A stretch of DNA of 62,132 nt, filler included. It is 8 parts of 8 records of this genome, joined end to end, with 100 filler letters (N's around TTAATTAATTAA, not from the genome) between each part and the next. Parts side by side here need not be neighbours in the genome. Positions count along the whole stretch, not along the records: positions 37,511 to 47,707 come from SRR7504441_5621; positions 47,808 to 51,514 come from SRR7504441_5625; positions 51,615 to 62,132 come from SRR7504441_5632; 5 more parts are not named here. One strand, given 5' to 3'. Both the position numbers and the translations under genes were made by a program. The first letter of the stretch is position 1; each line of letters begins with the position of its first letter. The notes beneath the pieces are model-generated. The model saw only the letters and a program-made list of their open reading frames with translations. It ran no database searches and had not been told where the DNA came from. This document shows positions 44,201-54,600 of this stretch, piece by piece.

Positions 44201-47200
44201 GTCGCGGAACTCGAGGACTAAGTCCCCAACTGTCACCTGCAGGTGCCCGTGGCACTGAATATTCAATGCCCGACTCCCGTAAGCGCCGTCGCCGAAATTA
44301 AGCAGCGTAAGTTTTCCTTCATCAGGCGTGAACTCGATCGCGAGGCTCGACAGCTTGATTGCTGTATACATTGACCCCATTGCGCTCTCTGCCCTCGCCA
44401 GGCTCACTCTCTGGTCTCTCTGAGTCTTGCATCGCTGAATATTACAGTCAGTCAGCTGTAGGGAAGCATCCTTGACTGACGCATTGCGCATTGTGAACTG
44501 AAGCTCAATGCTCAGTGATGCTTCGAGCGAGTGGCTTCCCCTGAGCGGACACACCACGCCCAGGCCATTGATTGAGACCAGGTGGTCCTGCAACCCCTTC
44601 GACACATCGTCTGATTTGGGCGACTGAACAAACGAGTGCTGACAAAAGGCCTTGTCCAAACTCAGTTGGACAGTCCCAGCAGTTGAGCCTACCAAGTTTG
44701 CGCTGATCGACTCGGTAGTGAGAAGCCACTTGGTCTGTGGGTTCTGCTGCTTGCTTGACGCCTTCTGGGTTTGCCATGAGCTGAGCACGGGCTCCAGTGA
44801 ACCCTCCCAGTACGCAAACAGCAGCGATGTGTAAACTGCAGACATGTGCAGCTGGCCTGTCCCCTTGTGGTGCAGCTGATTGATCTGCTCCATTGTCTTG
44901 TGCCTGCACCGGGCACTGTCACAGGCCTAAACCGCTTAGCAATTACCTGAATTCGAAGCACACAGCGAGTAGATCGGCCTGTTCTCCTGTCAGCTCCAGC
45001 ACTGGGGATCGAGTGTCGACAGTGGCTAGCTCCAGCGCGCTTGGCCCGATGCTTAGCTCGAACTTGAACGAGCCCTTCTCGCCAAACCGAGTTGCCATGC
45101 CAAACGAGTCGACTCGCAGCCATCCTGCAGGCTGCAGCGTCGATTGTTGCTCGCTGTTCATTACAACTTCGACTGACTTGACTTGCAAGTCGAACACTGT
45201 CGACATAGCAAATACGTCGCCAGCTTGCGCTTGGGTCAGCTGTGGCTGGAGCTCTGGAATGCCCTTGAATCGATCCGAGGTGATGGGCAACTGCTCATCA
45301 TACTGGCTATTGAACCCCTCGTAGTGGATGAGTACCTGTGATTGGCACAAATGAGTTCCTTAATTCGTTGAGAGCTTCTACCTCGATGGGCTGTGCCGCA
45401 GTGTTGACATCGACGATGCTGCATCCCCTTTCGCTGCCGCTCTTTGAGACAACTTGCGCTGTGGCTCCAACAGCCCAAGGGCTGTTGGACAGGAGTCGCT
45501 CAGAGTCGCCTTCTAGCCACTCGTCATACTCGTCGCCATATCCTTCGAAATGCACTTTCAGCTTGTCAGGGCCATCAGAACCCGGCTCGACCGCCACAAT
45601 CACACAGTCGCGGAGACTACCGGTCTTACTGATCACTTTCACAGGATTACCAACAAGGCTGTCAGCTGTTGTTGGGCCGGTGGCCTCCATAAATCCACGC
45701 AGGGTAGCCCCCAGCTCGCAGAGAGTGGTCGGATTCCATTCGAGCAGCACCTGGGGGCCAAAATCAAATGATGATGTCTAGATCGGGGCGCCTGGTCTAC
45801 AGTCGCATTGAACGTGGAGCTCGGGCTGGGCTCTGTTGGGCCACTCTTGGCACTGTAGTTGGCCTGTATGACTGGGTTGGGTGACGGGGCTGTTGGCAGG
45901 GCGCACCTGCAGGATGGCATCAGAGCTGCCTGCATCACTTGACTTGAGCTGGAGAAGCGAGTGTGACGCTCCACTGTGGAACAGGTCCTGCCCAACCAGG
46001 CTCAGGCCAATTCACTGCAGGAAATTTGCCTGCACATCCAGCACACCCAGCTTGAGGCTCATCTTGCTGGCTAGTCCGCCCAACAGCGTCTGCTCTTGGG
46101 CCCAATCCAGCTCCAGCCGTTGGCATGCAATCTGCACCAGCGCTATGCCAGCATTCGAGTTGACCTTGAGACAAACTCCGCTCCAAATAAAACAGAATTT
46201 GCTCCTAGCAGAGCACTTGTCCTCTACTGAGAGGGCTGGCTCGGCTGGGAGCACCAGATCAGAGCTCGGACTGTCCTCTTGGGTAGCAGCTGGACTGAGG
46301 ATATTGCCAGAGATTACTCCCAGGACAGTGCTAAGCACAGCACCAGACATGTCCATCGACAAGCCTGGAGCCTCCAAACTTATCTCGCTCTCTTTCACAC
46401 CATCCACGGCACTGTTCCCTGAGCGCATTTCCAGCCTGAGCCCCAGTCCACCCAGCAGCTCCTGATCCTGCGCGCCTTGCACAGAGAGTCCAATGTCTTC
46501 CAGCTGCACAGTGAGCAGATTGGCATCCGTGAGGCTATCAGTTGCTGCCTCTGGAGCCATGCTCAGCCGAATCGCCGAGGCCTCAACTGCTAGGCAGTCG
46601 TGGGAGGAGCCTCCTGGAAGCAGGATCGTCGGGCTTTTGACTTCGAACTGGAGCATCTGCTGAGTCGAGCTGGAAGTGCTGCTACTCGACCGCTGTGCGA
46701 GCACATTCACCACACCTGGTCCAGTGACATAATCGATCAGCTGCATTGTGAAGGCATGCAAGTACACCAACCGAACCGATGCCAGGCTGCCTGTAACTTT
46801 GGTGCTCACCGGCGTAGTTTCCACTTGGAGCTCGAGCAGAGATGGTTCTTCCGGATTGCTCAGCCCAGCCAACCTGTGGAACGGACCCTGGCCATGTGCC
46901 ATGTCAAACACTTCGAAGTTACCCACAGTGGTGTTGAGTGTCATGCACTGGTCAGCAGCCTGGGCAAACGCCACAGAGGACGACTCGAGTCTCACAGTCA
47001 CCAGCTGCTGCGCCAGATCCTCTCTATTGAGTGTCAGCTGTAGCTGTTGCAGCTCTACCTTGACATCCATCGCTGATGCTTGATCTGGGGTCGCTGAATC
47101 GTCACCCGAGTCGTCTGCTGGCGGACTGGCGCCGGCAAGGGCTTGGAATGCAGTCATCTCTTGATTGATGAGCTGCATCACCTTGCCGACTGTCTGGTGA

Positions 47201-47524
47201 TTCCATTGTACACTGAGTCCAGACAGGGCCACCGCAATCTCAGTCAGCTCGGGCGCTACATTCATACTCAACTGCAGTCTCTCCGGAGCAGAGCTGCCCT
47301 GCGATTCCAACTCCCCGGAGCTGACAAGCCATGTAAATGCATCCGAGCCTGTCGTCTGCAGTTGATCTCGAATCGACAACCCAGTGGAGCAAAGCCCAAA
47401 CTTGACTCGACCACCACTGGTCTGTAGAGATATCTTGGTGGTGACGAGCTCTGCGAGCACCAGCTGCTCGGACTCGGCCTGCAGTTGAAGCCCAAGCTGC
47501 GGCAGACTGATACCCAGCTCAAAC
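38297..47524 (-). CDS. VPS13: VPS13-family bridge-like lipid transfer protein (C-terminal part, 5'-truncated) with two Tudor/chromo-barrel-like domains, VAB/SHR-BD repeats, a DysF domain, ATG2_C/VPS13_C helices and C-terminal MABP-like domains
   Basis: Hallmarks LQIDNQ, LVQPLAVQVETSF, GLEFLGNP, KATFDEDY, GIVEGVGGVLYQPVKGAVEGGALGLLKGLGKGVVGVVAKPVTGIADL, VIYSPYIV, KFAPKYTLHNRL, IVINKTPYTVSIKQ. About 20 mini-introns join the ORF fragments. Confidence 0.9.
39315..39353 (-). other. GC-AG intron (39 nt) in VPS13
   Basis: CAG|GCGAGT...TTGGCAG|GAG. Contains an in-frame TGA. The donor is the GC variant of GTGAGT. Confidence 0.75.
40882..40922 (-). other. GC-AG intron (41 nt) in VPS13
   Basis: CAG|GCACCG...CTGGCAG|GAA. 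Removes a TAG and restores VETSFYQ-ELQML. Confidence 0.75.
45751..45791 (-). other. GC-AG intron (41 nt) in VPS13
   Basis: CAG|GCGCCC...CCCCCAG|GTG gives ATVDQ-VLLEWNPTTL. A weaker GT donor 9 nt upstream is an in-frame alternative. Confidence 0.65.
45988..46029 (-). other. GC-AG intron (42 nt) in VPS13
   Basis: CAG|GCAAAT...TGGGCAG|GAC. Removes a TGA and gives VLDVQ-DLFH. Confidence 0.65.
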
Positions 47525-47617
47525 CTGCCCGCACACAGTCAGCCCAGAACTCGGGCTCGACAGCCAAAAAGTGGTCAGACAGGCCAGTAATTGGCACGTG
47601 AGGGTCAGAAGATGCAG

Positions 47618-47707
47618 TCGACAGTCGAGAAAACACATTCGACAGTCGGGAAAATGCATTCGACAATCAAGAAACAGCAGTCGACAGTTAGTAATGCACA
47701 GTCGACA
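47618..47707. repeat. 21-bp minisatellite (4+ copies) inside a long VPS13 intron at the contig end
   Basis: TCGACAGTCGAGAAAACACAT / TCGACAGTCGGGAAAATGCAT / TCGACAATCAAGAAACAGCAG / TCGACAGTTAGTAATGCACAG / TCGACA. Confidence 0.85.
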
Positions 47708-47807
47708 NNNNNNNNNNNNNNNNNNNNNNNNNNNNNNNNNNNNNNNNNNNNTTAATTAATTAANNNNNNNNNNNNNNNNNNNNNNNNNNNNNNNNNNNNN
47801 NNNNNNN
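47708..47807. other. Synthetic contig linker
   Basis: Same 100-nt spacer. Confidence 0.98.
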
Positions 47808-47997
47808 GGCGGGGGGGGGAGGGGGGGCACGTGCTCGTCCTTGGGCAGAAAACGCCGGACGAACTTTTCAGCCTGGCCCCGGGCTCAGCCTCCGAGAGTG
47901 AGCCCCTCGACTCACCATGATATCAACAGCACAAAGCCAACGGAACTCGAGCATTTTAGGGAGTGGCTCCAGGCAGCCGCAAGGCGCGGCGGCGTCA

Positions 47998-50900
47998 ATG
48001 CCAGGGGACGAGGCGGGCGGGCCTTCGACCTCTGACTGGGAGGCGTTCCAGACCGACCCGGCCGATGGCGGGCACTGGTGCTGACCCTCGCGCCGGGCCA
48101 CCGACAGTTGGCAGGTACTTTTACAATCAGCGGACCGGTGAGACGTTGTGGGCCGAGGAGCTGCAGGGGGGCGCATCCCGGCAGCGTGGTGCAACCCCGC
48201 CGCCGCCACATGGTGCTACCCGTCCCGCGCAGATCCCGACTGTCGGGTGCAGGGCCGTCGATGCAGGACTCGGTGCAGCGACTGGAGCGTGCTTTCCAGG
48301 CGGTGGCAGGCCAGCAGAGCCAGGAGTACGTGGCAGAGGTCCAGGAGCTACGCAGGCAGCTCGACGAGGCCACTGCGCGCGGGCCGCAGGCTGGGGCCGG
48401 CGCGTCTGGTGTCGCTGGCTTGCAACTGCGGCTGGACCAGCAGGAAAAGCTTTACCAGGAACAGATCGCAGAGCTCAACTCGTCGCTCAAACTCAGCCGT
48501 GAAACGCTGCTGAAGGGCAACGTGTCATTTCAATCGCTCGAGTCGACGCTAAAGTCGCTGGAACACCAGTGTGAAACACTCGAGGAGACACAGGTGACAC
48601 GCTGCGGCATGCACACAGCCTGTCGACAGTCACGTGTAGTCTATCGTACTGACGCTGTTCGGCTGCAGGTCCAAGCTCGGGAGCTGGCACAGATGGCTGC
48701 AGAAGACGAGTCTGGTCGACGCATTGAGCTGGAGTCGCGTGAATCGCTGCGGCTTGTTCTCGACGCTTTCATTGGTAGAAAAGAACCTTTTTCAGCAATG
48801 ACGGATGGCGGCGTCCTGAGCAGTGGCCTTCCTCCGATTGAGCGTGCTACTCACTATGTGTCGGACATCCCGTGCCAGTTTCCCTGGCCAAAGGCATGTG
48901 CAGATAATGCAGGTATTCACAGCATTGCTGCTGGAGCCAACTTTTTTGTTGCATTGAGTGCTTCAGGCCGGCTTTATCAATGGGGCTTCATTGCGAAGGT
49001 TGTAAGCCTTTGCCCGAGACCGCTGTCAATCGCAGAGTCAGTAAAGCACGTAGCCTGTGGGATGTATCATGCCGCGCTGGTGACCATGGAATATGAGGCT
49101 TTCTGCTGGGGTGCTTCATCATGTGGCCAGCTTGGGCTTGGAAACAGTGGTGATGTGCACGTGCCACGAAAGATTGAGGCCCTAGCGGAGAAAACGGTGC
49201 GCCACCCCTGCCAGATTATCCGGTTGATATGCTTAGCAGGTGAAGAGCATTACCTGTGGATGCTATCACACGCTGGCAAGCACACAGCGGCCAGGACAAG
49301 TGTATGCATGGGGTCTAGGAAACCATGGTCAGCTCGGGCAAGGCGATGATCGAACAAATAGGTTCATCCCAACCTTGGTCAAAGGTGTCGATGATGGTGA
49401 GCGCATTGTGGACCTTGCAGCTGGCCTGGGGCATTCGTTGGCTGTAACAGCATCTGGGAGTGTTTACACATGGGGCACGGGACTGCGCGGTGAGCTTGGG
49501 CTCGGAGATCAAGTACGATTCTCAGGTCGGCCACAGAAGCTTGGAGGGCAATTTAACAACTGCCTGGCAACATCAGCAGCGTGCGGACTGCACCACTCTG
49601 TCGTGGTCTCAGTCTTGGGTCTCTGGCAGAGGGAAGATGTTCGTTCACCAGCTCATGCACTGCATGGAACTAGTCTTATCCTGGTCCACGATCAGAGTGG
49701 CGCTCCTCTGCTCTTTTGTTTTGGTGGAGAGGGCAATCAAGGTGTTCATGGATGCTTTCAAGTGATGAAAGTTCAGGAAGATGGATCTCCGCTTCAATGG
49801 ATTGAACCACTTTATCATGGTTCGGCAGCCACTCCACGTGTATACCACAGTGCCTCTCTGGTCCAGGACTCCATATTCATCTGGGGCGGGCTGGATACCA
49901 ACCATGAACCATGTGATGCTGGCATCAGTATGTTTAATGTTGGCACAATGACATGGTCTACGCCAGCTGTCAAAGGAGAGCTCCCGGCAGCTCGAGCAAT
50001 GCACAGTGCGACTGCAATGGGTACCTCGCTTGTAGTATTTGGTGGCGCTTCAATGGCAACAGGACGCCCTGTTGGTGATTTGGCCATTCTTGACACCTCA
50101 AAAGGGGAACCGTTCCAGTGGCAGGTGATCCCCCACCAACCTTACAGTTGGCCCCGGCCGCGCGAAAGGCACAGTGCAGATGCCGTGCAAGACAAGCTAC
50201 TGATATTTGGTGGGTTTGATGGCGAGGTTTCCCTGAAAGACGTGCATGTACTGGATGCGTCTCTGCAGTGGATAGAGCTTGACACTTCTGGAAATGACCT
50301 GATGGAGGCCCGGTCCGATCATTGCACTGCAGTACTTGGCAAGGGAACCAATTTGGCAGTGTTTGGTGGGCATGATGGTACTCATTATCTGAACGATTTT
50401 TGGATCCTTGATGTTGACAAGAGGCAATGGTCTGCTCCCAAAGTGGGTATTCACTCTGTACCAGTGCCTCGCGCCTGTGCATCGTTGTCAGCATGGCCAG
50501 ACGAGAAGGGAGAGACGCATTTCTTTCTTGTGGGAGGATTTGATGGCCATGAGCATCTTGGTGACACGTGGAGATTGTCACTGGACCACCGAGAAGTGCT
50601 TACTTGGGGTGACAACACAAATGGGCAGCTCGGGTGCGCCATTAGTCAACACAAAGGACCTGATGCCGTCGTGTGGGCACCCAAAACAGTTGGAGCTCTG
50701 GGCGATGAAAGCATCCGCTCAATTGCCTGCGGGTTGCATCACACCACGGCTTTGACGGGTAATGGGAAGGTTCTAGCATGGGGCTCTCAAAAGTTTGGGC
50801 AAGTTGGCAAGGATATGAATGTTTTTGGTGCAAGTGCTCCTCAAACAATTCAAGCTGCTCCTGTTGATGTGACACCTGTCGGGCAGGTTGTGCGTCACAT

Positions 50901-51514
50901 CTCCTGCGGAGCTTACAGTACTTTTGCAATAGATGCGTATGAGACCATGTGGTCATGGGGATGGAATGGGCCAGTGGCACATGGCCGTGGAAGTGGTCAA
51001 AATGCCAGGGCAGTTAAAGCTGTAATCTCCACTCTCCAGCGTGTGGCCAGAGGAATGCTAGGGCGCCGAAAGGTCAAGACTGTGAGCGGTATGGGGCGAG
51101 ACGAGAAACGGAACTGGGCTGCTCGACTTATACAGCAAAGGTACCGCCTGAACAAGGTTTACATAGAGCGAAATGTCGATACGCGAGACAAACTGATAGC
51201 CACAGTGGAAGCTGCTGTATTACAGGCACAAAGAGAGGGCAAGCCTGTGCCCCCAGAGATCCGACAAATAGAGGAAAGCAGAGAAAAGAAAAAGAGATGG
51301 CTGGCAGAGAGAGACCGACTAGCCGCAAACGAAGGTAGATCTACCGGGAAGGATCTTGACATGAACGTGTCCTTGCCAACACAGGTGAATGCACATGATC
51401 AGCAGGAAATGGCGAAGTGGCAGGATATCAAGCAGGCGGCAGAGCGAGAGAGAAGTTTAGCAGAGAAGCTGAAAGCCGAGGCTAATGCCCAGACTGCAAA
51501 GGCGCAGGAGATGA
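47998..51514 (+). CDS. WW - coiled coil - RCC1 propeller (with inserted Kelch propeller) - IQ protein, 3'-truncated
   Basis: GT-AG introns 48078-48114, 48213-48252, 48594-48668, 49197-49239. WW domain DWEAFQTD...WYFYNQRTGETLW; 7 RCC1 blades; 6 Kelch repeats; IQ-like LQRVARGMLGRR and LIQQRYR. Confidence 0.88.
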
Positions 51515-51614
51515 NNNNNNNNNNNNNNNNNNNNNNNNNNNNNNNNNNNNNNNNNNNNTTAATTAATTAANNNNNNNNNNNNNNNNNNNNNNNNNNNNNN
51601 NNNNNNNNNNNNNN
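51515..51614. other. Synthetic contig linker
   Basis: Same 100-nt spacer. Confidence 0.98.
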
Positions 51615-54600
51615 CGCTAGCCCCGATGCCTCCTGCTTCATCTCGTTTTCGACCTTTGCAAGTGTGTCTTTCTTCTCGGCAGCGCGATTGCTGGCATCCC
51701 CGATCCTCTGTTGGAGCCCCTTTTCCCTGCGACGCTCATCCATCTTGCTCTGCTGTGCCTCAGCTGCTTGTCTATTAGCTAGTCGCAACGCTCCAACTGT
51801 ATGCTCAACCGCTTCCTCTGTGGTCTGTGCTCCTTGCTTTGCTAGCCCAACGGAGTTGGCGGCTGCTGACTGCTGCTTGCGCGATTCTATAAGAGCAGCT
51901 TCCGCCTGCTTGAATGCTTTGTTTGCCAATTGCTGCCTCTGCTGCAGCATACGCTTCTCTTGGCTCCATCCTGCTTCAAAAAACCCCAACTCTTGCTTGG
52001 CAGCCGCTGCAGCCTGCTTCTGCCTATCTAACCGGCCCTCGAGCGTCTCCCTCTCAGCTTCAGCCATTTTGACTGCCTGAGCATCAGCCTCTGCTTTGAC
52101 GCTCTTGGCTGACAACTGGGTCATGATCTGATCAGTCTGCTTCTTTAGCTGATCTAGCCTAGATTGATCAACTCCCCGCTGCTGGTCCAGTTGAGTCCAC
52201 TGTTGCCGGGCGTCCACCCAGCCCTCCCTGTCCTGCTGTTCCTGCTGCTTTGCTTCTTGCAACTCCTGTTTGTCCTCTTCGACACCTTCTTCCAGCATTC
52301 CAAGCTGAACCTTTGCCGCTGCCACCTTGCTATCTATTGACTCCTGCTGTATCGTTCCCTGGGCTGTCACTCGCTTCAATTCGAAACTTGCACCTACCCG
52401 GGAGGAGGACAACTCCTCTGCGGACTCGATGTCGTCAGCCTGCTTCTTACGCGCATTGCTGGCCCTAGCTTGTTCGTTGGTTATCTCCTGGACCAACTGT
52501 TTGTGCGCTTCTTGAGCCCGGCTAAACTTGCTCGAAGTCACGTTGGCCGCCTCTTGAGTCACATGCCGCTGCTTGATTGCATTGTCTACTTCTTTCTTCG
52601 CGAGTGCAACTACTCTTTGGGCTGCCTGCTCTCCTCGGACCTTGGCCTGCTCGTGTATTTTTGCATCATGCAAGATGGACTCGCTCTCGCGAACAAACCT
52701 ACTCTTCTCCCTTACATCAGACTCCTTGCTCAAAACTCTGCTTTGGGCCTCATACGAAGTCTGCGCAGCAGCAGAGGCCACCGTCAAGGCTTTGTCATGA
52801 TCACTAATGGCATCCTTCAGGGCCTTCTGTGCCCGCTCATTCCGCATGCCAGCCTCTTTCTCAGCGCGGACAGCCTCCTTGATCTGGGCCTTGAGCGCCA
52901 GCTCTTTTTCCACCATCATCGCGCTGGCTTTTGCAGTGCTATTGGCTACGGAAGCCTGCACTTGAGAGGCGCTCTGAGCAACTGACACTGCGTGTTTAAT
53001 GTCAGCAGCCCTGCGCTTGGCCTGGTCGAGCTGACTCTCTGCAAACCATTGACTCCGCCGTGCTGCTTGGGCCATCACCTCTGCAGCCAGGCGTCTGCTC
53101 TCTGTCTGCTGCACTGCTTCCCAGCCTGTGACGACCTGTTCCTTCATTGCATTCGCATCGCCTGTCACATTGGCAGCAGCAGCCTTAGCGACTTCGAGCT
53201 TGTCTTTTGCTGCTACCAGATCAGCTGTATGCTGATCCAGCACGGCTTGAGTCTCGTTTTGCCAGCCTGTTGCCTGACGCGCTTCCTCCACTGCATGTTG
53301 TTGTGCTTGCTCAGCAGCAGAATCACGTTGCTTGTATCGTTTCAGCTGCTCACGTTCCTGTACCACGCGACTGCGCGCTTGAGTGTACATCTTGTGTGCA
53401 TCCTCCAAATCCTCCTCAGCCTTTTTGTTCCCGGCGAGGACTGCTACAGTCTTTTCAGCCTGCGTCTTGTCGCGCTTTTTCAGCTTTCTAGCTTCCTTCT
53501 TAGCTTCACGGGTCTGCTTCTTAGAGATTTTGTACTGCTTTCTGGCACCAGCATACGCCTGCTTGGCATTCTTGAGCCCAGTTTCACTCTCACTCAGCTC
53601 CTGCTGGGCAGTTTGCTGCTTTTGCTTGAAAGCTGCCGCCTGTTGGCCAGCCAGTTCAGCTTTCAGCTGCGCGTGATCATCTGCTCGCTGGGCATCCATC
53701 CACTTGGCTCGCGCCCTCTCCGCCTCAGCAGCAGCCTGACGGGCTCGATTCACCTGCAACACGTTCAGAAAATGCTCAGGGCTCGGAGTGCGCACCTGGA
53801 TGTTTGAAGCCTTGCTTGCAGCCGGCAGTTCGATGTTGACTAGCTCCTCCAGTTCGTCTTGCATCGCTTTGAGTGGAGCAAGGTCTACACTGGGTTCTTC
53901 ATCCAGCAATACCAACGCACTGGGCTCCTTGTCATGCCCAGGATCGTCACGCCCCTCGCTCTTTGCGCACCGCTCCTTAGCTTTGCGCACTTGAGCATTA
54001 CTGATATCTTCTGCCTCCTCCTGCCGAGTAGTGGCCTCCTTTTTCACAAGCACTTCCAGTCTATTACTATCGCGCTCAGAGTGCTCTGCAATGCCCTTTT
54101 CCATCTGCTTCAACTGAGCGTCCATGGCCTTGCTGTCTGCTGATGCTGATGAACTGATTATCTTAGCCTGAGCTGCAGTAACTCGCTTCATTGCTCTCGT
54201 GCTACACACATCTGTCAGCATGCACTCTTACTATGGCAAGGCAAGCACCTGGCTTGGACAACTTCAGTAGCCCGCTCAGCACTATGCTTCATCATTTCCA
54301 ATTCTTCAGGCTCGGATCGAATCTGCCAGCCACCCATGAGACCCGCCCTACACCAGCTGCACACCTGTGCTCGAACCCTTGCAACCTTTCTCATTGCTTG
54401 CTGCAGCATCTGCTCGGTCTTTTCGTGAGTTGTCTGGTTGATCTTGGCGGCAGCCATAGCAGCAGTATGCTGCATCTCGTCGGCAATTCGCTTGCTATCT
54501 GCATCTTGCTGATCAAGCACAAGCTTAGCTGCAGTCTGATGGTCGACTGCTTGTTCCCTTAACTGATCAGTCCTCTCCTGCCTCTTGGCTGTCTTCATGC

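Noticed and set aside
38297-47524. VPS13 (and the SET gene) as frameshifted pseudogenes, or evidence of stop-codon reassignment
   Set aside because: Each break I examined is resolved by a short GT-AG or GC-AG intron, and TAA, TAG and TGA all terminate genes in this window.
47618-47707. CRISPR-like repeat array
   Set aside because: The units are contiguous degenerate 21-mers without unique spacers, there are no cas genes, and the context is a eukaryotic intron.
47808-47828. G-tract as a G-quadruplex or telomeric element
   Set aside because: It is a short homopolymer run at a contig edge with no telomeric periodicity, and probably just the cause of the assembly break.
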